Assembly (NCBI GenBank): GCA_044225365.1
Contig: JBGAIQ010000013.1
Coordinates: forward strand, 1 to 64,000
Length of the DNA: 64,000 bases
Source of the DNA: Planctomycetota bacterium
GTDB lineage: Bacteria > Planctomycetota > B15-G4 > JADJEK01
Direction: 5' to 3'
The notes below the pieces were generated by a model, which saw only the letters and a program-made list of their open reading frames with translations, was not told where the DNA came from and ran no database searches. The position numbers were made by a program, and so were the translations under genes. This document shows, piece by piece, positions 18,092 to 27,218 of this stretch (its first letter is position 1; each line of letters begins with the position of its first letter).

Positions 18092-20449
18092 TCACTGGAA
18101 CGTGAGCTGGACGCCCTGCGTCGCACTGAAGCCCCAGAACACGCCGGGGTCGATGCAGAACGCCTGCAGGGTCGTGGTGAATCCCGACGGAACGGTCGGG
18201 ATCGTCGCCGGGAAACTGATCGAGCCGCCGCCCGGAGTCGCGCTGCCGAACAGCGGCAGCGTGAACGAGATCGGGAGGAGCGGAGTCACGAGCAGATGGC
18301 AGGCGCCGGGGATCGCGACCGAACCCGGCACGAGGCCGAGGAACACGATCGCCGACTGGCCGCCGATGCCGCCGCTGATCGTGAAGTCGATGGTGCAGTT
18401 GCTCTTCGCGAGCCCGGTGATCGAGAGCGAGGGAACGACGCCCGCGGAACCGCCGCAGCCCACGCCGTAGTTCTGGATGCCCGTCGAGCCGTTTGCGCCG
18501 ATGTAGAGCAGGACGCGATACTGCTCGTCCTGGCTCACGGTCGGGTTCAGCGGATCGCAGGCCTGGAAAAGGCCGTTGTTGTCGGTGTCGTAGGTGATAC
18601 CGGCGTTGATCACGAGACCGCCCGTCGAGCGCGGATCGGAAGGATCGAAGCACGCGCCGTCGATCCCCATGAACCCGTTCTCCGTGATGTTGTTCGACCA
18701 CGCCGTCGCGGAGTCGATCGAGTTGGAGTCCGAGAGGCGCAGGTCGGTGAGCGCGAAGTTCGTACCGGAGTTGATGCCCGTGAAGACGTGGCCGAGTTCG
18801 GCGACCATCTCGAGCTCGTACTTGAAGTTCGCGGGGTCGTAGACGGAGCGCAGGAGCGCGAACAGCGGCGCGGTGCCATTGAACATCTCCACCGCGGAGA
18901 TGAACCACACGTTGCCGGCGCCGTCGATCATCGGGCTCGACATCGAAGGACCCTTCACGGTCGTGAGCTTCGTCGTCGGGACCATCTGACCGATCACATT
19001 GCCGCCGGGGCCGTCGAGGATCGGCTTGCCGCTGCCCGACAGCGAGCTGTCGCAGTAACCCGCCATCGTCCACGACACGACGCCCGTGGGTGACACCTTG
19101 GCGACCGCGATGTAGTTCAGCGGATTGCTGCTGCTGATGAACGTCGGCTGCGACACTTCCGCCGCGGCGAGCAGGTTGCCCTGCGCGTCGAGGTTGAGCG
19201 CGATCTGACCGTTGCCGCCGTCGAACGCGACCTGGCTGTGATAGTTGTCGAACTGGTTCGGACCCGGCGTCTGGTTGACGTAACCGGTCTGGTTGTCCGT
19301 GATCGTCGCGGGGAGCTGCAGGCCGATCTTGCCCGAGACGTTGAGCGCCGCGTCGAGTCCGAACACGATCATGTTGTCGGTGACCGTCGTCTGACCGAGC
19401 ACGGCCGCGAGGCCGTTCGTGCTGCCGAGGAACGCGAAGTTCTTCGAGAGGTAGGAGACGCCGCCGCGATGGTCGCCGACGCCCGTAGGCAGTTGCGACA
19501 GGTCCGCCGTCACGAGCCCAAAGTCCGTGCCGCGGACGAACTGCTTGCTGAAGTTCGAGCCGAGGATCGCGGACTGGCCGAACACCTCGCTCGGCATCAG
19601 GCTCGGCGTGTTGTGCGTCACCGTGCTGTTGCGGACGACCCACTTCGTCGAAGCCGCGTCGAAACCACCGAGCGGGAAGTCGTTGGAGAGCACGTTGGCG
19701 TTCGCGGTGTTGCGGCCGAGCGCGTCGATGAGGAAGTAGTTGTTCCCGTTCATCACGGTCTGGCCGGGGAACGGCTGCGTCATCGCGTTGCCGTCCGCTC
19801 GCACGGACGTGTTTCCGTTGGCGTCGACTCCGCCGACGTAGGCGGTCGAGTTGCCGTGGAGTTCGTCGGGCGAATTGATCGCCGACTGGACGCGCGTCAC
19901 GTAGAGGCGACGCGGATCCTGCGGATCGATGTTGACGACGGACGTCACGATGCCGCCGTAGATGGATCCAGTCGGCACCTGGTCCGTCGAATCGAATTCG
20001 GCGAACGTTGCGCCGAATTGGATGCCCTTCTTGCCCGCGGTGTTGACCGTGGCGACCGGCGCGTCGTTGATCGACGGATCGTTGTTGACGCCCGTTCCCG
20101 GCTGGCCGGTCCATACCGGGTAGCTCGAGCGCACGAACGATTTGTTCGTCAGGAACCGCCGACTGATCCCCTGCGACCACATGAGCGCGGAGAAGTAGGT
20201 CGAGTTCAGATGGCTCGACTTCGCAATCGGAGCCACGACGAAGTTGTTGCCCCACGACGTGAACAGGTCCGTGGCGTCGACCACGTAGTCGTTCTGCTGC
20301 TCACTGCCGAGCGGGCTCGCCGACGTCGAGTACGGACTGATTCCGTCGCCGGGCAAACAGTGGACCTTGGAGACGCTGTCTTGGGCCTGCGCGGTCGCGA
20401 ACGACGTGATCGCAAACAGGCCGGTGCCGAACCGGGCGAGTTTCTTCAT
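18092..20449 (-). CDS. Large exported protein of unknown function with shared C-terminal YGxGC domain
   Basis: GGAGGA RBS, Sec signal (AQA-Q), strong GC3 bias, and C-terminus YGVGCGG...TLQAF...ATQGVQLTFQ. Confidence 0.85.
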   Translation of the reverse strand: MKKLARFGTGLFAITSFATAQAQDSVSKVHCLPGDGISPYSTSASPLGSEQQNDYVVDATDLFTSWGNNFVVAPIAKSSHLNSTYFSALMWSQGISRRFLTNKSFVRSSYPVWTGQPGTGVNNDPSINDAPVATVNTAGKKGIQFGATFAEFDSTDQVPTGSIYGGIVTSVVNIDPQDPRRLYVTRVQSAINSPDELHGNSTAYVGGVDANGNTSVRADGNAMTQPFPGQTVMNGNNYFLIDALGRNTANANVLSNDFPLGGFDAASTKWVVRNSTVTHNTPSLMPSEVFGQSAILGSNFSKQFVRGTDFGLVTADLSQLPTGVGDHRGGVSYLSKNFAFLGSTNGLAAVLGQTTVTDNMIVFGLDAALNVSGKIGLQLPATITDNQTGYVNQTPGPNQFDNYHSQVAFDGGNGQIALNLDAQGNLLAAAEVSQPTFISSSNPLNYIAVAKVSPTGVVSWTMAGYCDSSLSGSGKPILDGPGGNVIGQMVPTTKLTTVKGPSMSSPMIDGAGNVWFISAVEMFNGTAPLFALLRSVYDPANFKYELEMVAELGHVFTGINSGTNFALTDLRLSDSNSIDSATAWSNNITENGFMGIDGACFDPSDPRSTGGLVINAGITYDTDNNGLFQACDPLNPTVSQDEQYRVLLYIGANGSTGIQNYGVGCGGSAGVVPSLSITGLAKSNCTIDFTISGGIGGQSAIVFLGLVPGSVAIPGACHLLVTPLLPISFTLPLFGSATPGGGSISFPATIPTVPSGFTTTLQAFCIDPGVFWGFSATQGVQLTFQ

Positions 20450-20596
20450 GGTGTCCTCCAGTGGATGGGCGTCGCATGCGTTGGCCGAACGACGCAGCGA
20501 AACGAGATTGCGGCGAGGAATCTACCGAGGTCGGGGCAATGTGGGGTGAGCTCGTCGTGAAGAAATGATCAAGGACACCGAACTCGCAAAACGCCA

Positions 20597-20628
20597 CAGG
20601 GCGAGGCGGTCTTCACCGCCTCGCCCTG
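20597..20628 (-). terminator. Intrinsic terminator-like hairpin downstream of 20652-21842
   Basis: CAGGGCGAGGCGGT-CTTC-ACCGCCTCGCCCTG (14-bp stem), followed on the minus strand by TGGCGTTTT. Confidence 0.65.
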
Positions 20629-20651
20629 CGATCTCGTCTCACTCGACTCCG

Positions 20652-21842
20652 TCACGGCATGCCGATGCTGAACTCCAAGGCGTTCGTCGTCTCGACTCCG
20701 CCCGCGAACTTCAGGTTCACGAACTGGGTGTAGATCGAGAGCGGGCAGGGCATTCCGGGCGGGAGCGGGGCCGGGAACGTGAAGTTCGGGGCGACGTGCG
20801 GATACGGGCCGAAGACGAGACTGATCGGGTTGACGAGGATCGAGCAGCCCATGAACGGGATCCCGGGGCACGCCGCGTTGGTGCCGACGAGGAGGTAGGC
20901 GTTGCCGGGATCGGAATTGCTCATGAGGAGCGTGAAGGCAGGGTTCGGAGAGACCGCTTCGCCGACCGAGGAGTGGACGGGGATCGTGAAGGCGGTCGAA
21001 TCGCAGCCATTGCCGTAGCGGATCGGGGAGCAGTCATGGGCGAGGCCGGTGATCGGCGCCGCGCCGGCCCACGAGAAGCACGGATTCGGCGTGTAGAAGG
21101 TCGGGGGATAGAGGCCGCCGCCGAAGTTGATGTGCGCCACGGTCTGGCCGTTCGTCACGTAGAGGGCCTTGCAGCCGGGAGTGTCGACGCAGATGCCCAT
21201 CAGGCCGCCGCCGAAGCAGCCGCCGGGGGCGAAGACGCCGTACGGACCCGGCGCGCCACCGATGAATTGATTCGAAACCAGGCCGTTGCTGTTCGACATG
21301 AAGAGAGTGCCGGTGCGCGGATCGTAGTCGATGTCGGTCGCCATGCCGGGGAACGTGACGGGGGTCGGCGGGACGACGAAGATCGGCACCGCGCCGCAAC
21401 CGATCGGCGGTGGCGGCTGGATCGCGGCGAACATGAATCCATCGGTGATCCAGAGGACGTTGGCAGCACCGAGCTGACCCCAGCCGAGGCCCGTGATCAT
21501 CGTCGGGATTGGCGAGATGAAGGACTCGAGCGGCACGCCGGCCTTCGTGTAGTTGGTCGTCCAGAGGCCGTCCGTGACCCACACCGTGTCGTTCACACGG
21601 TCGATCGTGATGTCGCCGCCGGCGGCGGTGGTGTACGGACCCGCGGTCGGGCAGGGGAAGGCCACGTTGTAGTTGAACGAGTTGAGGAGGCCGCCCGATG
21701 GGTAGGCGCACGGGCCCGCAGCGGGCCCGGTCATTTGTTGAGCGAGCGCATTGAAGCCGTTGACGCCCCAGACGCTCTGCGCGAAGGCGGGAGCGGAGAA
21801 CGCGGCGGCGGCAACAGCGAGGGCGAGGATCGAGGAACGCAT
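20652..21842 (-). CDS. Exported Gly/Pro/Cys-rich protein with shared C-terminal YGxGC domain
   Basis: GGAG RBS, Sec signal AFA-Q, propeller-like repeats (ITGLGW, ATDIDYD, MGICVD, ITGLAHD) and C-terminus YGNGC...IYTQF...TTNALEFSIG. Confidence 0.88.
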   Translation of the reverse strand: MRSSILALAVAAAAFSAPAFAQSVWGVNGFNALAQQMTGPAAGPCAYPSGGLLNSFNYNVAFPCPTAGPYTTAAGGDITIDRVNDTVWVTDGLWTTNYTKAGVPLESFISPIPTMITGLGWGQLGAANVLWITDGFMFAAIQPPPPIGCGAVPIFVVPPTPVTFPGMATDIDYDPRTGTLFMSNSNGLVSNQFIGGAPGPYGVFAPGGCFGGGLMGICVDTPGCKALYVTNGQTVAHINFGGGLYPPTFYTPNPCFSWAGAAPITGLAHDCSPIRYGNGCDSTAFTIPVHSSVGEAVSPNPAFTLLMSNSDPGNAYLLVGTNAACPGIPFMGCSILVNPISLVFGPYPHVAPNFTFPAPLPPGMPCPLSIYTQFVNLKFAGGVETTNALEFSIGMP

Positions 21843-21897
21843 GATCGACTCCGAGGAGTTGGGGTGTTATTTCCGAACGAACTCGAAGGAGCCGTAA

Positions 21898-21914
21898 GGC
21901 AACGCCCTTGCCAA
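21898..21914 (-). promoter_or_regulatory. Putative sigma54 (-24/-12) promoter
   Basis: Minus strand TTGGCAAGGGCGTTGCC = TGGCA-N6-TTGC with exact GG-N10-GC spacing, ~55 nt upstream of the ATG at 21842. Confidence 0.55.
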
Positions 21915-22143
21915 ACGAGTCGAAAACGGGGGAACGCGTGCGGAGCACGACTTGCGGCGACCGCCCTCGATCCACCTGCTGCGGATCGAACGCTCACCTC
22001 GCGGATCGCTGCCGCGAAACGCAGCAATCGAACCGCGGGGCACGAAGGGGCTTTCAACGAGAAGCTTCGGAGAAGTAGACTCGACCGTCGCGCCGATCGC
22101 CGACCGCTCGGCGCCTTTCCCCTTCCATCCGGAGATCTCGTCC

Positions 22144-23349
22144 GTGCCTCCATTTTCCAAGCGCTCCGAATCGCTCGGTACCGAGAACGCGTTCGTCGTC
22201 CTCGCCGAGGTCAACAAGCTCGTCCGCGAAGGCAAGGACATCATCTCGTTCTGCATCGGGCAGCCCGACTTCGATCCACCGGACCATGCGCGGGTGGCGG
22301 CGATCGCGGCGATCACGGCGAAGGGGAAGACGGGCTACACGCCGTCGGCGGGCATCCAGGAACTGCGCGAGGCCGTCGCCAAGTGGTTCACGGCGACTCG
22401 CGGCGTGAAGGTGGACGTCGAGGACGTGGTCGCGGGATGCGGCGCGAAGCCGTTCATCGGTCACACGATCCACACCGTGACGGACTACGGCGCGGGACAC
22501 GAGGTCATCTATCCGTGCCCGGGCTTTCCGATCTACGACTCGATGATCAAGGCCGCTGGGGCGACGGGTGTGCAACTCGAGTTGAAGGAGAAGAACGACT
22601 TCGCCTTCGATCTCAACGACCTCGAAGCGAAGTTGAACGACAAGACGCGCCTCCTGATCCTCTGCTCGCCGCACAACCCGACGGGCGGAGTGCTGCCGAA
22701 ATCGATCATGGAAGGCATCGCGAAGATCCTGCAGAAGTGGCCGAATGTTTGGGTGTACTCCGACGAGCCGTACGCGATGCTGACGTACGACGGCCCGCTC
22801 GCGACGATCGAGGCCGAGCCCGGGATGTACGAGCGCACGTTGATCGTCGACTGCGCATCGAAGACCTACGCGATGCCGGGATGGCGCCTCGGCTACGCCG
22901 CGAACAAGGCGCTCGCACCGCATCTCACGCGTTGGAACACGAACACCGATTCGTGCCCGCCGGCGCCGTCGCAGTACGCCGCTCTCGCCGCGCTCACCGC
23001 GTCGCAGGATTGCGTCGCCGCGATGCGCAAGAGCTTCCACGAGCGTCGCGACCTCATCGTGAAGTTGTTGAACGATCTCCCCGGCGTGACGTGCAGGACG
23101 CCCGGCGGTGCCTTCTACGTCTGGCCGAACGTCACCGAGGCGTGCCAGATGATCGGCGCGAAGGACAGCGAAGAGTTCCGCCGTCGCTTGCTCCACGAGG
23201 CGCACGTCGCGGTGCTCGCCGACATCCACTTCGGGCCGCGCGTGAAGGGCGAGGGCCAGCACGTGCGCTTCTCGTACGCGACCGCACGCGAGGGCATCGA
23301 GAAGGGCGTCGCCCGCGTCGCCGACTTCATCAAGAAGAACACGCGCTGA
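22144..23349 (+). CDS. PLP-dependent aminotransferase class I/II
   Basis: IGQPDF, YTPSAGI.ELREA, SPHNPTG, SDEPY, SKTYAMPGWRLGY, GAFY, VRFSYA. GGAG RBS before GTG 22144. Confidence 0.93.
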   Translation: MPPFSKRSESLGTENAFVVLAEVNKLVREGKDIISFCIGQPDFDPPDHARVAAIAAITAKGKTGYTPSAGIQELREAVAKWFTATRGVKVDVEDVVAGCGAKPFIGHTIHTVTDYGAGHEVIYPCPGFPIYDSMIKAAGATGVQLELKEKNDFAFDLNDLEAKLNDKTRLLILCSPHNPTGGVLPKSIMEGIAKILQKWPNVWVYSDEPYAMLTYDGPLATIEAEPGMYERTLIVDCASKTYAMPGWRLGYAANKALAPHLTRWNTNTDSCPPAPSQYAALAALTASQDCVAAMRKSFHERRDLIVKLLNDLPGVTCRTPGGAFYVWPNVTEACQMIGAKDSEEFRRRLLHEAHVAVLADIHFGPRVKGEGQHVRFSYATAREGIEKGVARVADFIKKNTR

Positions 23350-23374
23350 GCGCGCGGCGATCGGATCGAACGCG

Positions 23375-24613
23375 ATGAGCGTCTTCCATCGAGTCGACGG
23401 CCGGCTGCACTGCGAGTCCGTCGATCTCGACGCGCTTGCTTCCCTGCACGGCACCCCGCTTTACGTCTACAGCCAGGCGGAGATCGTGCAGCGATATCGC
23501 GAGGTGCGCGACGCCTTCGCGGAATTCGATCCGCTCGTCTGTTTCTCGGTGAAGTCGAACTCCAACCTCGCGATCCTCGACCTACTGAAGCGGGAAGGCT
23601 CCGGCTTCGACGTGGTGTCGCACGGCGAACTCGCACGGGCGCTGCGGGTCGGTGCGAGCCCCGAGACGATCGTGTTCGCGGGAGTGGGCAAGACCGATGC
23701 CGAGATCGAGGCCGGACTCGAAGCGCGCATTGCGCACTTCGATGTCGAGTCGGAGCCCGAGCTGCGTGCGATCGATGCAATCGCCCGCAACAGAAACATG
23801 CGAGCGCACGTGCTGCTGCGGGTGAATCCGGACGTCGACGCCGCGACGCATCACCACATCACGACGGGCAAGAAGGAGAACAAGTTCGGCATCGATTTCG
23901 ACACCGCGGCGCGCCTCGTACGCGAGCGCGAGCGGTTCGAAGGCGTCGAGATCGAGGGCTTTCACTCGCACATCGGGTCGCAGATCACGACGGTGGCTCC
24001 GTTCGTCCAGGCGCTCGATCGCATCGGAACACTCATCGAGGAACTGCGCGCGACCGGCGCCCGGCTCCCGTGGCTCAACTTCGGCGGAGGGATCGGGATC
24101 GCCTACCAGGAGAGCGCACCCAAGGTCGCGGAGATCGCGAATGCGATCGCCCCGCGCATGCGATCGCTGCGCGTGAAACTGATCCTCGAGCCCGGGCGCT
24201 ACATCGTCGGCGGCTCGGGGGCGTTGATCGGAAGCGTCGTCTTCATGAAGCGCGGCATCGAGCGGACCTTCGCGATCCTGGATACCGGAATGTCGGAACT
24301 GCTCCGGCCCGCGCTCTACGACGCGTGGCACGACATCCAGCCTCTGCTCCTGCGACCTGGAGTCGAGGAGCCCGTCGAGGTCGTGGGCCCGATCTGCGAG
24401 AGCAGCGACGTGATCGGTCGCGCTCGCGAACTGCCTCCGCTCGTGCGGGGCGATCGCGTCGCGATCCTCCAGGCCGGCGCCTACGGTTTCTCGATGGCGT
24501 CGAACTACAACTCGCGTCCGCGGCCGGCGGAGATCCTGGTCGATGGGACCGATGCGCGGGTCGTTCGCGTCCGCGAATCGCTCGGTGAACTGATGGAGGG
24601 CGAGCGCTTCTGA
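23375..24613 (+). CDS. lysA: Diaminopimelate decarboxylase
   Basis: GTPLYVYS, SVKSN (PLP Lys), NKFGI, HIGSQI, GGGIGI, EPGRYIV, RPALY, GPICESSD, GAYG..MASNYN.RPR. Confidence 0.96.
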   Translation: MSVFHRVDGRLHCESVDLDALASLHGTPLYVYSQAEIVQRYREVRDAFAEFDPLVCFSVKSNSNLAILDLLKREGSGFDVVSHGELARALRVGASPETIVFAGVGKTDAEIEAGLEARIAHFDVESEPELRAIDAIARNRNMRAHVLLRVNPDVDAATHHHITTGKKENKFGIDFDTAARLVRERERFEGVEIEGFHSHIGSQITTVAPFVQALDRIGTLIEELRATGARLPWLNFGGGIGIAYQESAPKVAEIANAIAPRMRSLRVKLILEPGRYIVGGSGALIGSVVFMKRGIERTFAILDTGMSELLRPALYDAWHDIQPLLLRPGVEEPVEVVGPICESSDVIGRARELPPLVRGDRVAILQAGAYGFSMASNYNSRPRPAEILVDGTDARVVRVRESLGELMEGERF

Positions 24614-24652
24614 CGCCCATCGATACCCCAATCTTCGATCCTCGAAACTCGC

Positions 24653-25021
24653 ATGCCGCTCTCCGTCGCTCTTCTCGATCACTTCAAGAACCCTCGAAAC
24701 GTCGGGCGCGTCGCTGCGCCGACGGGGCGCGGCGTCGCCGAGAATCCCTTGTGTGGCGATCACATCGAGATCGAGGTGCGACTCGACCAGGAGCAGATCG
24801 TGGCCATCGCGTTCATGGCTCAGGGCTGTTCCGCGACCCTCGCGTGCGGATCGTTCTTGACCGACCGGGCGATGGGCGCGTCGCGCGACGTCGCGCTCGC
24901 GCTCGATGCCGATCGACTCCTCGAAGAGACGCTCGAGTCGAGCGCGGTGCGGCGCCACGGGATGCAGCTCGCCCTCACCGCGCTGAAGGCCGCGCTCACT
25001 TCGTCGGCTCCTCTCGCTTGA
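24653..25021 (+). CDS. IscU/NifU-N/SufU-like scaffold protein
   Basis: LLDHFKNPRNVG, NPLCGD and F.A.GC. The third canonical Cys is absent (RRHG). Confidence 0.85.
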   Translation: MPLSVALLDHFKNPRNVGRVAAPTGRGVAENPLCGDHIEIEVRLDQEQIVAIAFMAQGCSATLACGSFLTDRAMGASRDVALALDADRLLEETLESSAVRRHGMQLALTALKAALTSSAPLA

Positions 25022-25027
25022 CGACGA

Positions 25028-27067
25028 TCAGGAGCGCGGGGGGTCGAGGACGGCTTCGAGCTTCGCGGCGAGCGATTTGAACGTGAAGGGCTTCTGAATG
25101 AACCCAGCGAGGCCCTTGCCCGTGAACCGATTGACGGCCTCTTGTTCGTTGAAGCCGCTCATCAGGATCACTTTCAGGTCCGGCTGGATCTTTCGAAGCT
25201 CGAGGAAGACTTGTTCGCCGTCGAGGTACGGCATCGTGAGATCGAGCACCGCGACGCAGTAGCGACTCGGCGCGGCGGCGAGCGTGGCGATGCCTTCTCG
25301 CCCATCTTCGCATGGGGTGACTTCGAATCCGAGGCGGGTCAACATGCCGGAGAGCACGGATCGGACCATCTCCTCGTCGTCGATCACGAGGGCGGCGCCC
25401 GCGCCACGAAACGACTGCGTGGGAACGGGGTGATTCCGTGCTTCTCGTGCGTCCTTGGAACTCGCGGGTAACAGGATCTTGAAGACGGTCCCTCGGCCCA
25501 CCTCGCTATAGACGCGCAGTGCCCCTCGATGCCCCCGCACGATGCCCAGGGTCGCCGCGAGTCCGAGTCCTCGTCCGGTGAACTTGGTCGTGAAGAACGG
25601 CTCGAAGATCCGCTTCATCGTCTCGGCGTCCATCCCGCAGCCGGTGTCGGAGACTTCGACGAAGACGTAATCGCCCTCGGGGAGCGTTGCGCCGTTGATC
25701 GCATCATCGAGGTACTCGCGGGTCGCGCGCTCGAGTCCGGTGATGCAACGGATGATCCCGTTCTTCTCTCCGATCGCCTCCGCGGCGTTGATGACGAGAT
25801 TCATCATGATCTGTCGGAGTTGCGTCGCGTCGACGCGGACGGAGGGCAGGTCGGGGGAGAGTTCGAGATTCAGTTTGACCTTCTTCGGGATCGACGACTC
25901 GAGGAGAACCGAGATCTCGTTCAGAAGTTCGGAGACGTTGATCTCCTCGAGCACGAATCGACCACGACCCGAGTACGCGAGCATCTGACGGCAGAGATCC
26001 GCGGCGCGAAGGGCCGATCGCTCGATCTGCGCGAGATGATGATCGGCTTCGCTCGCGACGATCGACGCGCTGCTGCGCACCAGCGAGACACCGCCCAGGA
26101 TGCCGGTGAGAAGGTTGTTGAAGTCGTGGGCGATCCCGCCGGCGAGGATGCCGAGGCTTTCGAGTTTCTGCGTCTCGAGCATCTTGCGCTCGACCTCGAG
26201 TCTCTCCTGCTGCGCGTGCTTGCGGGCCGTGATGTCCATGAACGCCCCGATTGCGCCGCGCACGGCGCCGGCATGATCGTGGAGCGGTACTGCGGACGAC
26301 AAGAGCGTGACGCGACTCCCGTCCTCGAACACCACGTCTTCTTCGAAATCGCGAAGCGCGACATTCTCGCTCGCAGCGCGCTGGAGCGGCAATTCGTGTG
26401 TGCCGAGTTCGCGACCGTCCTTCCAGACTCGGAAATGGGTCGGCGCCTCGGTGGGTGCCCCGAGCGAGGCGTTCTGTTCGGGTCCGAGTCGTAGCAATCG
26501 CGCGAACGCGGGATTCGTCGAGATCTGCTTGCACTCCTTGTCGTGAGCGATCCCGATCGCGACCGGCGCCACGTCGAGCAGCGTCTGGAGTTCCGCCACC
26601 TTGTTCTTGAGATCTGCATTGAGGCGCCGCACCTCTTCCTCGGCTTTGCGTCGCTCGCCCGCCTCCAACCGCAACTGTTCGTTCAACTCCGCGATTCGCG
26701 GCAGGTCGAGAGCTCGCGGCAGGAAACGCACGAGCGCGATCACGGTCGCCCACGATGCGATCGCCGTCACGACCTTGACGAAGGCCGACAAGCGATACCA
26801 CGGGTGCCAGAAGATCGTGGCCTCGATGAGATGGCCGAATCCGCAGGAGAGGATGAACGCTCCGAAGAGCCAGTACAGCGGCGGAAACGCGACGTCGCGG
26901 CGCTGCCGGACGAAGTACACGATCGAAATCGGGATGGCCGCATACGCGAGGAAGATCGCGCTGTCGGCGAGGATGTGGGTCCAGCCGTGGACGTCCGACC
27001 ACGACCCGCAATGCCAGCGCGCGGGGAAGCCATCCGTATCGAACAGCGTTCGAACGAAGTCGAACAT
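25028..27067 (-). CDS. Hybrid histidine kinase: ETR1-like ethylene-binding TM domain, PAS, HisKA, HATPase, REC
   Basis: ADSAIFLAYAAIP...FGAFILSCGFGH; [11 protein letters not shown]; NLVINAAEA; [20 protein letters not shown]; receiver IDDE...LDLTMP...FIQKPF. Confidence 0.92.
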   Translation of the reverse strand: MFDFVRTLFDTDGFPARWHCGSWSDVHGWTHILADSAIFLAYAAIPISIVYFVRQRRDVAFPPLYWLFGAFILSCGFGHLIEATIFWHPWYRLSAFVKVVTAIASWATVIALVRFLPRALDLPRIAELNEQLRLEAGERRKAEEEVRRLNADLKNKVAELQTLLDVAPVAIGIAHDKECKQISTNPAFARLLRLGPEQNASLGAPTEAPTHFRVWKDGRELGTHELPLQRAASENVALRDFEEDVVFEDGSRVTLLSSAVPLHDHAGAVRGAIGAFMDITARKHAQQERLEVERKMLETQKLESLGILAGGIAHDFNNLLTGILGGVSLVRSSASIVASEADHHLAQIERSALRAADLCRQMLAYSGRGRFVLEEINVSELLNEISVLLESSIPKKVKLNLELSPDLPSVRVDATQLRQIMMNLVINAAEAIGEKNGIIRCITGLERATREYLDDAINGATLPEGDYVFVEVSDTGCGMDAETMKRIFEPFFTTKFTGRGLGLAATLGIVRGHRGALRVYSEVGRGTVFKILLPASSKDAREARNHPVPTQSFRGAGAALVIDDEEMVRSVLSGMLTRLGFEVTPCEDGREGIATLAAAPSRYCVAVLDLTMPYLDGEQVFLELRKIQPDLKVILMSGFNEQEAVNRFTGKGLAGFIQKPFTFKSLAAKLEAVLDPPRS

Positions 27068-27218
27068 CGTCTCTCTCCCAGTCGGGCCATCCCAATCACA
27101 CGCCGACGAATCGCGAAACCGATTCGACCCTGGTAGTTAGCACCGTTCGTGCGAAGGTGAAGGGGGCAGTTGTCGCGGGCTTGCCCTCGGGCGACGCCCC
27201 GTAGAATCCGTTGGATTC

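Noticed and set aside
9277-27067. A copper-centred island linking the MNIO cluster and the ethylene-receptor-like kinase
   Set aside because: They are separated by ~14 kb of unrelated genes, with no shared regulatory motif or copper transporter seen.
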